Shown here: positions 14,905 through 29,481 of the stretch, piece by piece | Position numbering within the stretch: position 1 is the first letter of the stretch | Layout of the letters: each line of letters starts with the position of its first letter | Origin: Chrysomallon squamiferum | Lineage: Eukaryota > Animalia > Mollusca | Direction: 5' to 3' | Assembly: GCA_012295275.1 (NCBI GenBank) | Contig: CM022670.1 | Location: forward strand, 13,578,001-13,642,000 | DNA: 64,000 nucleotides | The notes under the pieces: model-generated | The model's database searches: none | The model's input: the letters and a program-made list of their open reading frames with translations, nothing else | What the model was told of the DNA's origin: nothing | Made by a program: the position numbers and the translations under genes

Positions 14905-14938
<34 letters not shown>

Positions 14939-16625
14939 CAGTATTAATTATAATCTATTTGTCATAAATAAGTTTTTGTCTTAAGAAATGCTGAAATGAA
15001 GTATATGTGATATTTTATTCTGTTTGGCATAAAGGATATGTGTTTAAATGTTTACACATGTTATTAATAAATTGTTATTATTTTCAACATGTGTGTATAA
15101 ATATCTTCACACAGACATGCACATTATTGTTTGCAGCTATATTGTCTTTTATCTGAAGTAAATAAATTTATACTTTTGTAAATAACAACATCAACCACTG
15201 AATATTTTTGTAAACTGAATCAATTTTGTTTTCCAACTCAACTGAAATAACATTACCACTTTTGTATTTAAAATATATGGTATTGGCTATCTTTGTTAAA
15301 TGAAATGATACTGGTCATCTTTATTAACTTAAATGATATTGCCTATATTTGTTAACAAAAATGATTATGGTTATCTTTATTAACTGAATTGATTTTGTTG
15401 CTTTTAACTAAAATTATATTTTGTTGTTTTTAATAACTAAACAATTATTATTTTTATTTATTTATTATATTTATTTATTATATTTATTTATTTTATTTTT
15501 TATCTTTAGTTAAAATAATTTGGACTGTCTTTGTTAACTAAATTATTTTTTTTTTTTCTTTAATTAAAATAATTTAGATTGTCTTTGTTAACTAAATTAT
15601 TATTATTATTATTATTTTTTAACTTTAATTAAAATAATTTAGATTTTCTTTATCAACTAATTTTTTTTTTTTTTTTATTTTTTTTATCTTCATCTAAAAT
15701 GATTTTGGCCACTTTGTTAAACAGAACTGTACAGATTCTTTTCTTTTTTTAATGATATTTAATACCTGTAAGTCATAATTTCTATTTTTATCAGAAATAA
15801 CCTCTAGTACACATTCCACTGATGTGACTGTACAGTTAGCTAATTTAAATATTCTTTTACTTTCTGGAAATTTATACTTCTATTTTTAGACAAAGCAGAA
15901 ACATAAAAATGATATATGAATACCATAACTGATGAATTAATAAAAAAATTTAAAAAAAAAATAAAAAAAAATGTAAGTAAGATATGTTAAAAAAAAAAAT
16001 GATAATAAAATTAAAAACCCCCCACAATATTTCCACCTTTGTATTATTTTTTTAAGTGGTTTCTGTGGTGATTTACATATGAATAATGCATGCAGCTTAT
16101 TATAACAATGCCAACAATAAAAAAACTGTTATTAACCTGCAGCGGAAATCAATAGTGCTGCTTAATGGCACAAACATTAAAGTGACATTATTGTTTTGCC
16201 GTAAGTAGTCCAACACATCTACAGAACATGGTGCTGTTAAAATATCAAAAAGAAGAAGAAAAAAGCAAAATAATGTCACAAGTTACCGGAAGGAAAACAC
16301 AAATTAATAGCACAATACCATGTTTTAAAGACTGGAAAAAGAATTCTTTTATGCAGCAGAATATTAAAAATGTTACCTCTCTGTCTCACAAATGCATATT
16401 GATCAGTTGTTGTAAAAGTACTTGGAACAGCAATTTCAAATGACACTTTTATTAAATTTTTATTTTTTATATAGCTGTCATGACAGACATAACAAATGAA
16501 GGTAATGGAAAGATGAAATCACAGAGAGCAATTAATGAATAAAGAAAAAAAGATGTTGATGAAGTGTTATGAATGTAATTCTTTTTTTTTTTTAAACAGA
16601 TTAATCTTTGATTTTTTATCATTGT

Positions 16626-16669
<44 letters not shown>

Positions 16670-19600
16670 TGCTTATTATGACGATGATGTTAATTATAAT
16701 AATAATAATGACAGTGTTTATTATGATGATGATGTTTATTGTAATAATAATAATGACAATGTTTATTATTTTTATTATTATCAGATTTAAAATAATTATA
16801 TCAGAAAATAAAAATAATGATTATTTCATTTCTATCATAATAGTAATATCAAAGTAAATTATGAAAGATTAAAAAATTTTCATTTTTTAAAATCCTCATT
16901 TCTTTTTTGAAATTGAATACAAAACTGTACTGGTTACCTTTAATTAAAAATATTGCATCTAAATATTGCCCAATCACTGAGTAATAATTAATATCTAAAT
17001 AAATCCATTTCAAAACAAATATTGTTCATGTCTCAAGAAATTTAACAGTTCATTTCTAAGGCAATAAAAGAACAGAACATTAAAAAACTGCCCAGAACAC
17101 TGTGTATCGTTTCAAACATTTGTATCCATTTAATGTCAATAATAATTTAATGTGCCTGAACCCAAAAGTTAAAATTTATTTTGTTTTCTGACAGCCTTAG
17201 ATGAGAACATTAATTAATTTCTATCACCAGCTGCTGATCATCAAATATTTATTATCTCTGATATAAGTTTCAGTAACATGATATACATTTTTCATGACTC
17301 TCCTTCAGAGAATAGAAAACCACATAAAATAGCCTTTGTTAATCAGCCAGTGGCATCTTTATAAGAAGTATACAGACAAAAACAATCATAATAATAAATA
17401 AATAAATAATAAATTATAGAAAGTATAAAAAAGTCCCACACCATGTTATAAAAAATAACCTTTGATTATCAGTTATGATCATTGGCAGGAATAGAAAATA
17501 GTCCAAGAGGCACTTTGAGGAGCTTTGATCCTGTAACATGCCATTTGTGCTGATGCCACCAACAATGCTGTTATTTACATGGACTAAAAACAATTTCAGA
17601 ATTCATTAACAACAATAAGACAAGGAAGCATAATATTAACAATTAAATGATAAATGATTTATCTGTTCATCGTTTGACAAGGAGATGCCATATAAACATT
17701 GATTTATCAGAAATCACTATGCTCGTATTTGAACTGGAAATACAGAATAACAAAGCAAACATCACTTTCTTTGCACTCTGACTGACTGGAGCCTGCCAGA
17801 CAATTTAAATGCTTCAACAGCGTCAAATTGTATTTAACTATCAATAAGACATTTGAAGAGCTAGCTGACTGTAACTTAGTGGTTAGAAAGAATAAATATT
17901 TAACATCTCAACACATTTCTTAATGATTATTTGCATTTAAACCAAGTTCTTGTGTAATGATGATGTTTGAGAAGAAACCACCTGCTGCCAGAGAATAAAT
18001 GGCCTTTAATAAACTAGTCACTAAAAACCGCACTGAAGAAGACTGATCATTTAATCCTGCTTTTCCAGAGTTACAGCAGTGATTAGAAGAACAATCACAT
18101 GAAATATATTAAAAAGATCTGTCACAGGAATAACCCTTCCCTTTATGCCCATTTGGCCAGTTTCCTATATAAATATACAAGCCATTTCCCTGTAACTATT
18201 TACTGAAGGAATGATGGAAGGAAGGAAACTGACCTATCACTAAACTGACCTGCAACCAAATGGTATATGTAATGAAAATGATTTGTTACAAAATGTTGAT
18301 AGCAAAAGGGTGGTTTTGAAATGTCTGGTAACAAAAAGGGTCTGTAATGAAATGGGATTAACAAGATGTCTCATTATAACATGAAAGGGCTGTTCTTTTC
18401 TGTTACCATCAAGGGATAATTTATATGCACCATCATAAAGATAGGACAGTACATACCTCAGCCTTTGTTACACTAGGTATGGAGAACTGGTTGGCATTTG
18501 TTCAAAGAGACTAGTACTAGGATATAATTCAAGTACCTGAACCATTTGAAGATTTAAACATAAAATTATTTGATTAATATCTATCCAATGAGTATCAGTT
18601 TCTGAGAATGTGTAACTTGTATGTTTAGCAGATGGTACTAAGGGTGTCAAATCAAATCATTTTTATACTGATGTTGATATTATTTTCACACCTCAAATCT
18701 ATACATAGGCTGGACAATGGTTAAAAATTAATTATTTTCTAGATATTAATTTCACATATATACAATTATAGATACAAATGGACATATATTATGTATAATG
18801 ACAGACACTGCCCTAAATTGAGAAATGCAGATATCAACACAAAAAAATGAATGTTTCACCGATTTCCATAAACAGATGTCGTCCTGTAACATAAATATAT
18901 AGACCGCCTGAAATACAATAGCTGGTATCAAACCCTCTATTGGCATCATTAAACAAAACAAACTTTTAATATTTTATTTGTAATGTTTTACTGGGTTATT
19001 AAAATAAAAACATATTATCTACAAAATTCTATTATTTTAGATAAGTAAATGTAGTGGCTGTATACTAACAGTAAGTACCATGAACAACTTCTATTACTGT
19101 GAATGTTTACCTGGCCTTGGACCAGTATTCCAGTGTCTATTTATGTGCATCTGTTTAATCCATCAACCACAATATGCATTTAGCTATCTTGATCAGCTAC
19201 TGTTAACCTCGGAAATATAATATTTTTTTATTCCCTGTGTTGCAAACATCATTTCAAGCACGAAACAATTTGTTATTCAATCAATGTCACAAACACTATT
19301 GTCTCAAATTTTAAAACGTGTAAAAATCAATAACTATGATTTTTCAATACAAAAGCATGCACAGAATTGAAATAACGATGCATTTTGATCAGTCTGAAAA
19401 GAAAATCACGTGTGTTTGTGCATCTAGGGAAGAAAGTGTAATATGCTTAAACTGCCAAACGACTCTGCAGAGGGTTATATAAACATTGTTCTAATTAGTG
19501 ACTTATCGAAGATTACTATGAAAACAAAATAAATTAATATTTTGAACCTGTTGCATTAATCCAAATCTGTAAATTTAAATACTACTTTGATGATCTAAAA

Positions 19601-22600
19601 TGAAACTACATAATAATAATATTAAAATAATAAAAAAATTAAAAAATTAAAAAATAAATTAATTAAAAACATTTTAAAAATAAAAAAGTTGTTACAACAA
19701 AATAATTTTAATACAATATCAAACATCACTACAACTCATTGATCAACTCTCCTATCATCATCTGTTGTATGTTCAAATACTTTTTTTTTTTACACATTTG
19801 ATCCATTTCAAGATTTCAAACATCAGATTTTTCAAGTGGAGTTATGCAGAACAAAAACAGCGAATGCAAATACAAATGGCCATTAATCACTGTGTGTGAA
19901 GTGACTTGATGGCAAATATCCTGTACTTTAGTCATTTTTTATGGATCTCCAGTACCAGGCTAGCAAACAAACAAAGTTAATGAAGTATCAACATTGATCA
20001 AAAGAACCATTTGTTGAGGGTATGATACTAAATAGACCCTGAAAAAATCAACAACTTGAACAAGGGCTGCAGCTTAATGACTTAATGGTAGTATCAAACA
20101 GTTATTTATACATACATACATACATACATACATACATACATGTTTATTATTTCTAATGTAATTTAATGCCTGTATTTTGAATGGTATAATTTATTTTGTA
20201 TATCCCACTGGTCTGTTTTACTGATCTGTTGAAACTGTTTTTTTCTAAATATAAATATCTAAATAAATATGACAACATCAGAATCAATGGTTCATGGTTG
20301 GTGTAGTTTATGGTAATAAAGAAAACTATTGTGCATTTGATTCAAATTTAAATTACATATTTGGCCATATATATATGTATGTTATATGGGTTTTGTTATT
20401 ATTTCAAATACAGATTTAATAAATTTTGAAACATTTGTTTAGTTTAACAACATCACTGAACTCAAAACTAATTCCATACAAGGAAACATTAAAAAAAATT
20501 CCCTGAACAACAATATCTGAAACAGCAGATTCTGCTAACAAACAACTCAATAAAATCATTAACATTTCCAATCAGGGAATTGCAGCATTTAGTCATAAAA
20601 TAATGCTTTTATTCCACAAATAGAGACACAGCAGTCTATTATAATAATACTTATTTTTATTTATTTATTTATTGTCTGTTTATTACTATTGTGTTTACAT
20701 CAGCAGACCAAGTGTCAAGTAACAAAACTCGTCAGTACATTAACAGAAGTAAATTACAGCAAAACCCTACAGTTAACAAATGCAATAAAACACAGCATGT
20801 TCATTAACAACACACACACTTTATTGGTTTTTATTATGCATGAAGCATTATGTACATTAATATTTCATTTAATGCTTCACTGAACATCAGCTAGCTGTAA
20901 AGCATAATATAAAAACTGCTTACCACAATAAATGAATTTTTACTTAGTAATGTCTTAATTTTAATTTCACATTGTTTTTCTGAAAACTAGACACTGAAGA
21001 TGGTGTTGTCATTCAGTTGACTGCCTCTGACTGCAAAAACAGTGGGTTTTTAAGTTTTATACAAACATTGTTACAGACTGAAGAACATAATATGGCCTTT
21101 GATATATGAACTGTGGGTAATAGCTGAAACAGGAAATACCGTGTGGGTGTATTGAAAACAACTGAACCTAGAATCCATCTTTCTTTAGTGGAGTGAGGCA
21201 AACTATTGTATAAATAATTGTTATTGTTGTATCTAACAAACTTTAATATAAATACAAATTCTATGCAGTGTTGACTGATATCCACTTTCTTTAACACTGA
21301 CATAAAATTTTATTACCATGACTTTTTATAGTGCATTATAACTTATAAGTGATTTTTTTTTTAATGAATAATGTACACACACACACACACACACACATCA
21401 ACACACACAGACAAAAAAAGACATGTCTAGTAATATTATTGTCAAGTTTATACAAGAGGATTTTAATGTGCATTTCAAGATTGCTATGTCAGTAAAAACA
21501 AATGCAAACAACAAATGTATACTGAACACCATTAAGAATCCACCAAGGAGCAGAATCCTTTGTCACCATTGAACACCTCTGGGTGTTTGCCATGGACGGA
21601 CAGCAGCCCATAACACATCAATAACATGCTCACCAAAAACTGCACTCCTCACAACAAGACAACAAAAGAGCATGTGCTGTCAGATTATCTATGCTGTTTT
21701 TGTTGAGTGCAATAATTCCAGTCTTAGAATGGTCTATACTGTCCTCTGGCCTTTGTTTCATAAAGCAGTTGTGGGATAACCTTTGAGATCTTCAGAAGGA
21801 ACTCGAGGATGAGGTTATCCAAGAACTCAAGCAGGGGATGATTCTGCTTAGGTTTTGTGAATGGTAGACACGGTTTCATATATTAGTTTTTTTTTTATTT
21901 GCATCCTATGCTTTTATTTTCTTAACTGAATGCAGTTCTAGAAAGTTTGATGCCTGTATTTCTTGTCATTTAAACTGATAAACCCCTTACTTTGTAAAAA
22001 TCAAATTACCATAGCGTGCATTAATATACCAAATTATGTTTGTTCCACTGGGTCATTTTCAATGGTCTTCAGTATATTTTATGTGTTTTTAAATGTAAAT
22101 AAATACCACCAGAAAATTACAGTGCTAGTCATTTTAAATAAAATAATAAAAGTAAAAATAATTAAAGAAAAAAGAAGACATATATCCATATCAGTAGTTA
22201 ACATAAAATGAAAATATGTGCACAATAACAACACACCACAATTTTTTTTTTTTTTTTTTTAAATTAATAATTTTATATTCTACCATGAAGTGAGGAATAA
22301 TTAGTTTTGAACTGTCGGTGAAGAAATAAGGAAAATACAATGAACTGTGTCTGATTTCCAGTTCTTGCTGCTGATTGAATGAGGCCAGTTTATATGCACA
22401 ATCATTCTTTAATTTTTACATTTTCCAGTAAATACTCATACTGACAATCACTTTTCATTAAAAATGCTAATCTTAGTTGAAAATGGTATTAGTTATTTAT
22501 CTGTGCAACTTTTAACATGTTGAAAGCCATGATGAAAATTTACCATTATCTAGTGAAAAGCCATGTTGAACTAACCAACCATCCACTCACTCACATAAAA

Positions 22601-25600
22601 ATAATGACTTACAGCTTACTACGACTATTTTATTACAAAAGTTTAGGGATGAAGGGTAAATAAATTTACTAAAAGTCACTTAATTCTCTTGTTGTATAGT
22701 TAAATTGTCAGTGATGTTAAAATGTAATTATTTACTACTGTTTACATACAAAAGAAACTTGGGAAACAGAAGTTTTGTAGTTGAGTACATTAGTTCACTT
22801 GAAGATTATCCTCACAACAAAATGTTTCTGTTCACTCTTTGTTGCTATACTTTTTCAAAACAGTTTCATGTTTTAAAATCTTTTGGTTATCATGAAATGC
22901 ATCTAAATCTACTCAGATTTTAGGTTTGAGATAGGGATTTTGTTCTGAACACAGATAAGTGATAACATTTACAACCTCATGCTAACAAATTCAATTAGAA
23001 ATAACATGTAGTAGTGTTCAATCCGGGATTATCCATCTCAAAAATAAAATGGAAATATGCTTATTTCATAAATGAACATTTCTAAGATAATAAAATGGTG
23101 AACTTAGCAATACACCTGAATATCTTTATTTCTTTCTTGAGATTCTGAGAAACGCCAAGTGAGTTCTACTATAAATCATAGAGTATAGAACGTAGTGGTA
23201 AAAATTTATGTCTTTTGGTTTTGCATCCTACATTAAGTCATGAACTTTACAAACATTTCTCTTTTTTTTATATTTGCAAGATGATCATTTAATTTTCTAC
23301 AAACTACAAAACCACAGAATAGTATTTTCACTAGATAACAGTACATTTTTAAACAGTTAAAAATCCTGTTTCTGTATATTAGGTCAAAGAGTTCCAGTTT
23401 CAGAAATAAATTTTTTAAAATGTTAAAATAAGACATCAAACCAAAAAAAAACGTTTTAGATTTGTTATTTTAATTTTTTTTAATTTTTTTTTTTTCTTTA
23501 TGGAGGCATGACTTCAGTTGATGACAAACTAGATCTATTATTCTGGATACAAAACGAAGTTAACTGTTGACAACTAAAGTCTACTTAAAACCAGTCAAGA
23601 ATCAGGAAACACTGTTTAGCAGACAACGTAACACTATAACAGCTATGTATGACATGAAAAATTTGACATTTTGATTTTTCATAAGGGTTTATCGCACCAT
23701 TTGTTCATGAAAAACCTACACAATAAATACTTATGAGAAAACGAAAATAACAACAAAAAACATTTATGCCATCAGTCCAGGTTTGTATCTTTTTTAGTCT
23801 GCGATGATGCTAATACACAAACATTTATGCACCTCAACAGTTTTAACATCATATCAACCATTCCACCGTTTTCTTTCAGTTATTATACCAGCCCAAATTT
23901 CAAATAATTCAAATAAATTCCTACCAACTGAGCTAGCATTTAACAGATTTAACAATGTTTTTAATCTACTTCGAGTGTCTGCAACTTAATTAAAATGTAC
24001 TTACGGTCATAAGGATCTGTCCCAACATAGGATGCACCTGTTATGGCTACACCAGGTGGTGGGGGAACACCTTTAATTAGAATTAAAATTACAAATTAAA
24101 CAGTGCAGCTTGAACATATATATAAATTATAATAAAAGCTGTAATTGAATAATGTATGTTTTGAGTCTCAGTCAAGAAAAATAGTAGCTTTTTAAAAAAA
24201 GTCTGAAGGGAAAACAGAAATAATAATGAGAGAAAAAAAGAGAAAATATACATAAAATAAAAATAATAAAATAAAATTTTAAAAAAAAAGGAAAAAAAAT
24301 CTCACGCACACACACACACACAACAACAATAATAAAATAATAAAAATCCAAATTTAATCTATAGACATATTTGAAAATCATGTTTAAAATATGCATCAGT
24401 GATATCCATGTTCTTTACATGCCAGATCAGTAAGAATGAGAAATATATCAGCTATTACCTGCAGGAGGTACACCAGGAGGAGGAACATTCGGAGGCGGCA
24501 TTCCAGGAGGTGGCATGGAATAGTCAGGGACACCTGGTGGCGGTACTGAAGTAGTCTGATTATACTTACGACTTTAAAAAAAAATAACAATAACAATAAT
24601 AACAATGAAAATAATTTTAAAAACAAAAAGGCCAATTATGGCCATTTTTTTGCCATCAGAATATTACATTCCACAGAATGTTTCCTGCTTTTCTTGTCAA
24701 TAATAATGAAAATTTATTTCTTTATTTCCTGTAAAATGTTAGCTCTATGTTCGTTTAATTTTTCACAATGTATATTATTATTTTCGTTATTATAATATAA
24801 TAGAATGTAATATAAATTTTAAATTGAAAACTGAATTTTATTACACTGTACTGTACTGTATTGTACTGTATTAAATTATATTATATTGTTATATTTATAA
24901 TATAATACAAATATAATACAATATAATATAATATATTGTAGTGTAATATGTATAATGTAGTGTAGTGTAGTGTAGTGTAGTGTAGTGTAATATAATACAG
25001 TACAATTCAGTTTTCAATTTAAAATATTTTTAAATCCTTACTAGTCATCAGCACTTTCGTGGTCGCCAGGGCGACGTGAGCTGCGAGCTGTACTGCCTAT
25101 AACATCAATAGTTCCACTCATTTTACGAGCAGGCGCACCAGAGCTGTGACGTTTTGCTACCTGGGACGTTGTAGCTGAAAATATTAAAAACAAATTCTAC
25201 AAGTTTCCTTTAACATTACCTTTCACAAGATGTCAAATTTTTGTCTGCTGCTCCAATTACATGGAACCATTACTTTAAATAAATCTTAGTGAAATATCTG
25301 TCTTTTTAAAAAGAGCTCACCAAATCAAGGCAAGAACTTCCCTTTTTTTTTTCTTTTTTTTTTTTTAGATAAGTCATATACAGTTATAAGAAACAATCCT
25401 TTCAAAATCCAAATTAAATAATAATTAGAATTTGTGTTTGATTTTTTCAGTTACCATTACTAATAACAATTTCAGTTGTTACTCTTTTTAATTATATTAT
25501 GTGTATAAAATACTAACGTATACTGGACCCAATCTGATTAGAGTCTTTGTCTCTCTTATCTCTTGTACCACCAGATGAGTGTGACTAGAATAAGAAGCAA

Positions 25601-28600
25601 AAAAAAGGTTAATACATTTTTTCTGATTTTTTTTAGCATTTGAAATCTGTATTAAGATATGATAAAAATGTTAATATGACACAGTAAAAATACTGTTTCA
25701 GAGAGTTCAACACAGCCACATCCTACCACCCAAACAAATTACATCATCCTCATTAACATTACTTTAATGTTAGTAAAAGTTAACCTCCGTGCACCTAATC
25801 TATAGCAATATATTAATATTTGTGTAGTTAAAACAAAAGTAATTTACACTGGTTTTGGGTCCGAGAGGTGCATGGTTTTCCGCTCGGAGTCTGTTGTGTT
25901 TTTCACAGTAGAGTTCCCATGTTTCCTCAGTGAAACCATAGTTGAAATAATCTGTTATGTCAGCACCTGAAATAAAGTAAAGTAAAGTAAAGTAAAGTAA
26001 AGTAAAATAAAATAAAATAAAATAAAATAAAATAAAATAAAATAAAATAAAATAAAATAAAATAAAATAAAATAAAATAAAATAAAATAAAATAAAATAA
26101 AATAAAATAAAATAAAAATAGTTTTGCTTTTAAAGTTAACAAAAAATATTAAGTAAAATAATAACAAAATAAATGAAAATAAAATAAAAAAAAATAAAAT
26201 AAACATTTTAAAAAAAAAAAAAAAAAATAATAACAAAATAAATGTCTAAAAAATTATTTTAAAAAAATTAATAGGTCTAAATAAATGCAAAATTATTTAA
26301 CAAATGTATTTACATTTTAGTAAGTTAAACTAATAATTATGAAAACACATTTAACTGCTTCATTACAGTTATAAACAGTTCTGATAAGAGAAAAGTCCAC
26401 AAACAATAAACATATAAACAAAATTATCTTTACCTGGTTTATTCCAAGGTTTGTCTTCAGTTTTCAGACTGCTCAGATCAAATTCATAAACAGGGACACC
26501 ATTAATTGTCCCCTGAGCTTCAATGTCGAGCCCTTTACCTGCAGCACTTTTTGGTGCAGAGGTAGCACCTGCAATAAAGTATCTCATGAATACAAAGGAT
26601 CAGAATTTACTGTAATCAGTTTCTCAATAAACAGTGTTTAGCATCTTCGGAAATATGTATCAGAATTTTAAAAGAATTTTTGTAGTCTTATCTTTCAAAC
26701 AAATATCAAGAAGTTTCCTTATTTCTGTTTGCAAATACACAGTCTTTATTTCTCTTATATTTGGCTGCATAACCATGGTCTTTATTGTCAAAAAAAGGAT
26801 ACAAAGAATTTCAGATATGAAATCATTCACACTGGCTCAGTGTTTATAATTTATCAAAAATGTAAATTATTTACTGTTCTCTCCAGGACAATCTTTCAGC
26901 ATGTTCTAAAATTTTCACTGACTAATTTTCTAATTATTTATGTTTATGGGACAAAAATTCAACTTATTTTCAAACATATTTCAAACATATATTTACCTGT
27001 CCCTGACTTCTGATAAGCCGTACCACCTTTGAACAAATTCCGAGGAGTTCTGAAAAGGGTTTAAAAAATAATAACCAAAACATTTTAAAAATATATATAC
27101 ACACATTTATGAGGCAAGCTAAATTATTTTACCTATTTTAATTATAACTTAATTCTAAATTTTTTGTAGCAATTATAATTTAATGTTCTTTCACTACTTT
27201 TAATGATTACATAAAATCTGCAATTTAAATCTTGTTTTTACACAATTAACCGTGTCATTTCCAAGTTAACTGATCCTAACTTAAACCAAATATAATAATA
27301 ATAAATCTACAAATACAGAAACAGACACTCTGATAATGTAACATCACTATATTACAACAGAAGCAATGGAATATGCATTCATATGTGATAAAATAAATAT
27401 ACAAACTTACTCAGTGGCTGTCCAGGTTTTAATGTCACCAATGGTAACCTGAACATCATCATCATCATCATCTGAATCATCCTCCTCTTCTTTTTCTTCA
27501 CCACTCTGTGAAAATGATGACAGAGAATTCAATATTTAGTATGCTGATCTTAATATGAAATAATAAAGTAGGATTTTTAAACTGTCAATTTTTCTTTCAT
27601 ATGTACACATTTACTAAATTAGGTTTAGATGACTTCTTAAAGTGTTTCTGTGTAAGTAATAATGAAAACGAACATATTTCATATATATCCATGTAATCAA
27701 TTGTTTCTTGTACAATACTCTATAACTCATTTATGTACAAATTACTGTCAGTATCAGTATACAATTAAAATGCAGCTACTGTCAACATTTTTTAAAATAC
27801 CATTTCTCCTTCTTCTTTGTCATCTTTTTTGCCTGGCTCTTTTCCAATTTCCATCGACTCTCCAGCTGACTTATTTTCATTTGTGTTGCCATTTTCAGTA
27901 ACTCTGGTACTGAATGAACAAATTACAATGGTCATTTTCAGATCAGATTTTAATTTTCATATGAAAGTGTTTGTCACTTAGATTGATACTTTTGATTTAA
28001 GATATGAAGTTGATGTTTTATTTAAATACAATCTGTGCATATTTGTATATATTTATCATTTTATATTCTATTATTATACAGTAATTGCAACCATATCCCT
28101 AGCATAAATCTACAATATTTAAAATGTGGATTTTATTGAGGCTGTCCATTTTCTTAAACCAAAAAATGTATGATACAGAAACTTAAAATAATAATAGAAA
28201 AAAAAACTTGTCAGTGTGTTCATTTCTGTGAACTGTTATTTTATGTACATACCTAGAGTCATCATTTTTTGGTGCTTTGTTTTCATCTAATAAAAATAAA
28301 AAATAAATATAAATATATATATATATATATAAATATATAACAATCTGTTAACAAACAGTATGTTTTTTACTGGACATTACTCTTTAACTTTTCTTCTGTT
28401 CTATGTACAACACAAAGGTAAAGACAGAACACATGAAGCAATGTTTAAAATTTTAAAATACTCTTTTTTTTTTAAATCTCTTCAACAGATGGTAGCCTTA
28501 GGAAAGAAAACATCGAGCCAACTTGTCATAGCAAATATATTTAATGTTTATTTTTTACAGATAGTTTAAAAGCTGATATATTACAACATAATTTAGGGTC

Positions 28601-29443
28601 AATAAGAAACATAGATCAAATTTAAAAAATATGGATTCATCAATAAAATTTCAAATAAATTCATTTAACATCTTTGAACAGTTTGAAAATCATTCAAATG
28701 GCAGTGTTAGTAGCTGGGTTTCTTTACTTTATTTTACTGTAATGGTATAAATGTTTCTCTGTCTCTACCAATATGCTTGAACGTTTGTTGCAAAGAGGTA
28801 CTGGTTACACTTTTTCACACCTGTCAACTCAGTTTCACAAATACTCAATTTCTTTATAAATATCAAACTAATTGTGAATATTTCTGTATCTGTCTACATT
28901 TTTATTACCATTTACATCATTTCGCTCAGAAACTTTCTGTGGTTTGATAGTTACATTTGGAGTAAAGCCTTTAAATTTCAGCTGAGAATCCTTGTCTATG
29001 TTGAATGTATCATAAATTTTTAACAGCTTCTGTGGGTTTTTTTGGTTTTTCTTTAGGAGACATTCTTTTCTAGTGATATGTTACGGGTAATTTACAGAAA
29101 ATTTCTTTGAATTCTGTCATTTTATGATTTAAAAAATAAAATTATTTACTGCCTTCATCATATAAAAAGGTTATGGTTGGAGTTTCAAGATTTCAGTTAT
29201 GTTATTATAAAGCTAAATATAAAAAGTACTTATATCCTTTCAATCCTTGATAGTTGTAAATTGAAAACCCAAATTTGAAAATAAAATGTTAATGCTAAAA
29301 TAGAAATTAGAGTTGACATCTTGAGATTTTTGTTTTAAATATATTTAGGATTTACATTTGTCACAATATGCTAATATATTAACAAAAAATGTATAAAAAC
29401 AAATTAATTAATTTAGAAATTTTACGATTACAATAAGAAAGCG

Positions 29444-29481
<38 letters not shown>

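Noticed and set aside
25955-26236. FILFY-repeat ORFs
   Set aside because: Translation of the intronic (TTTTA)n array.
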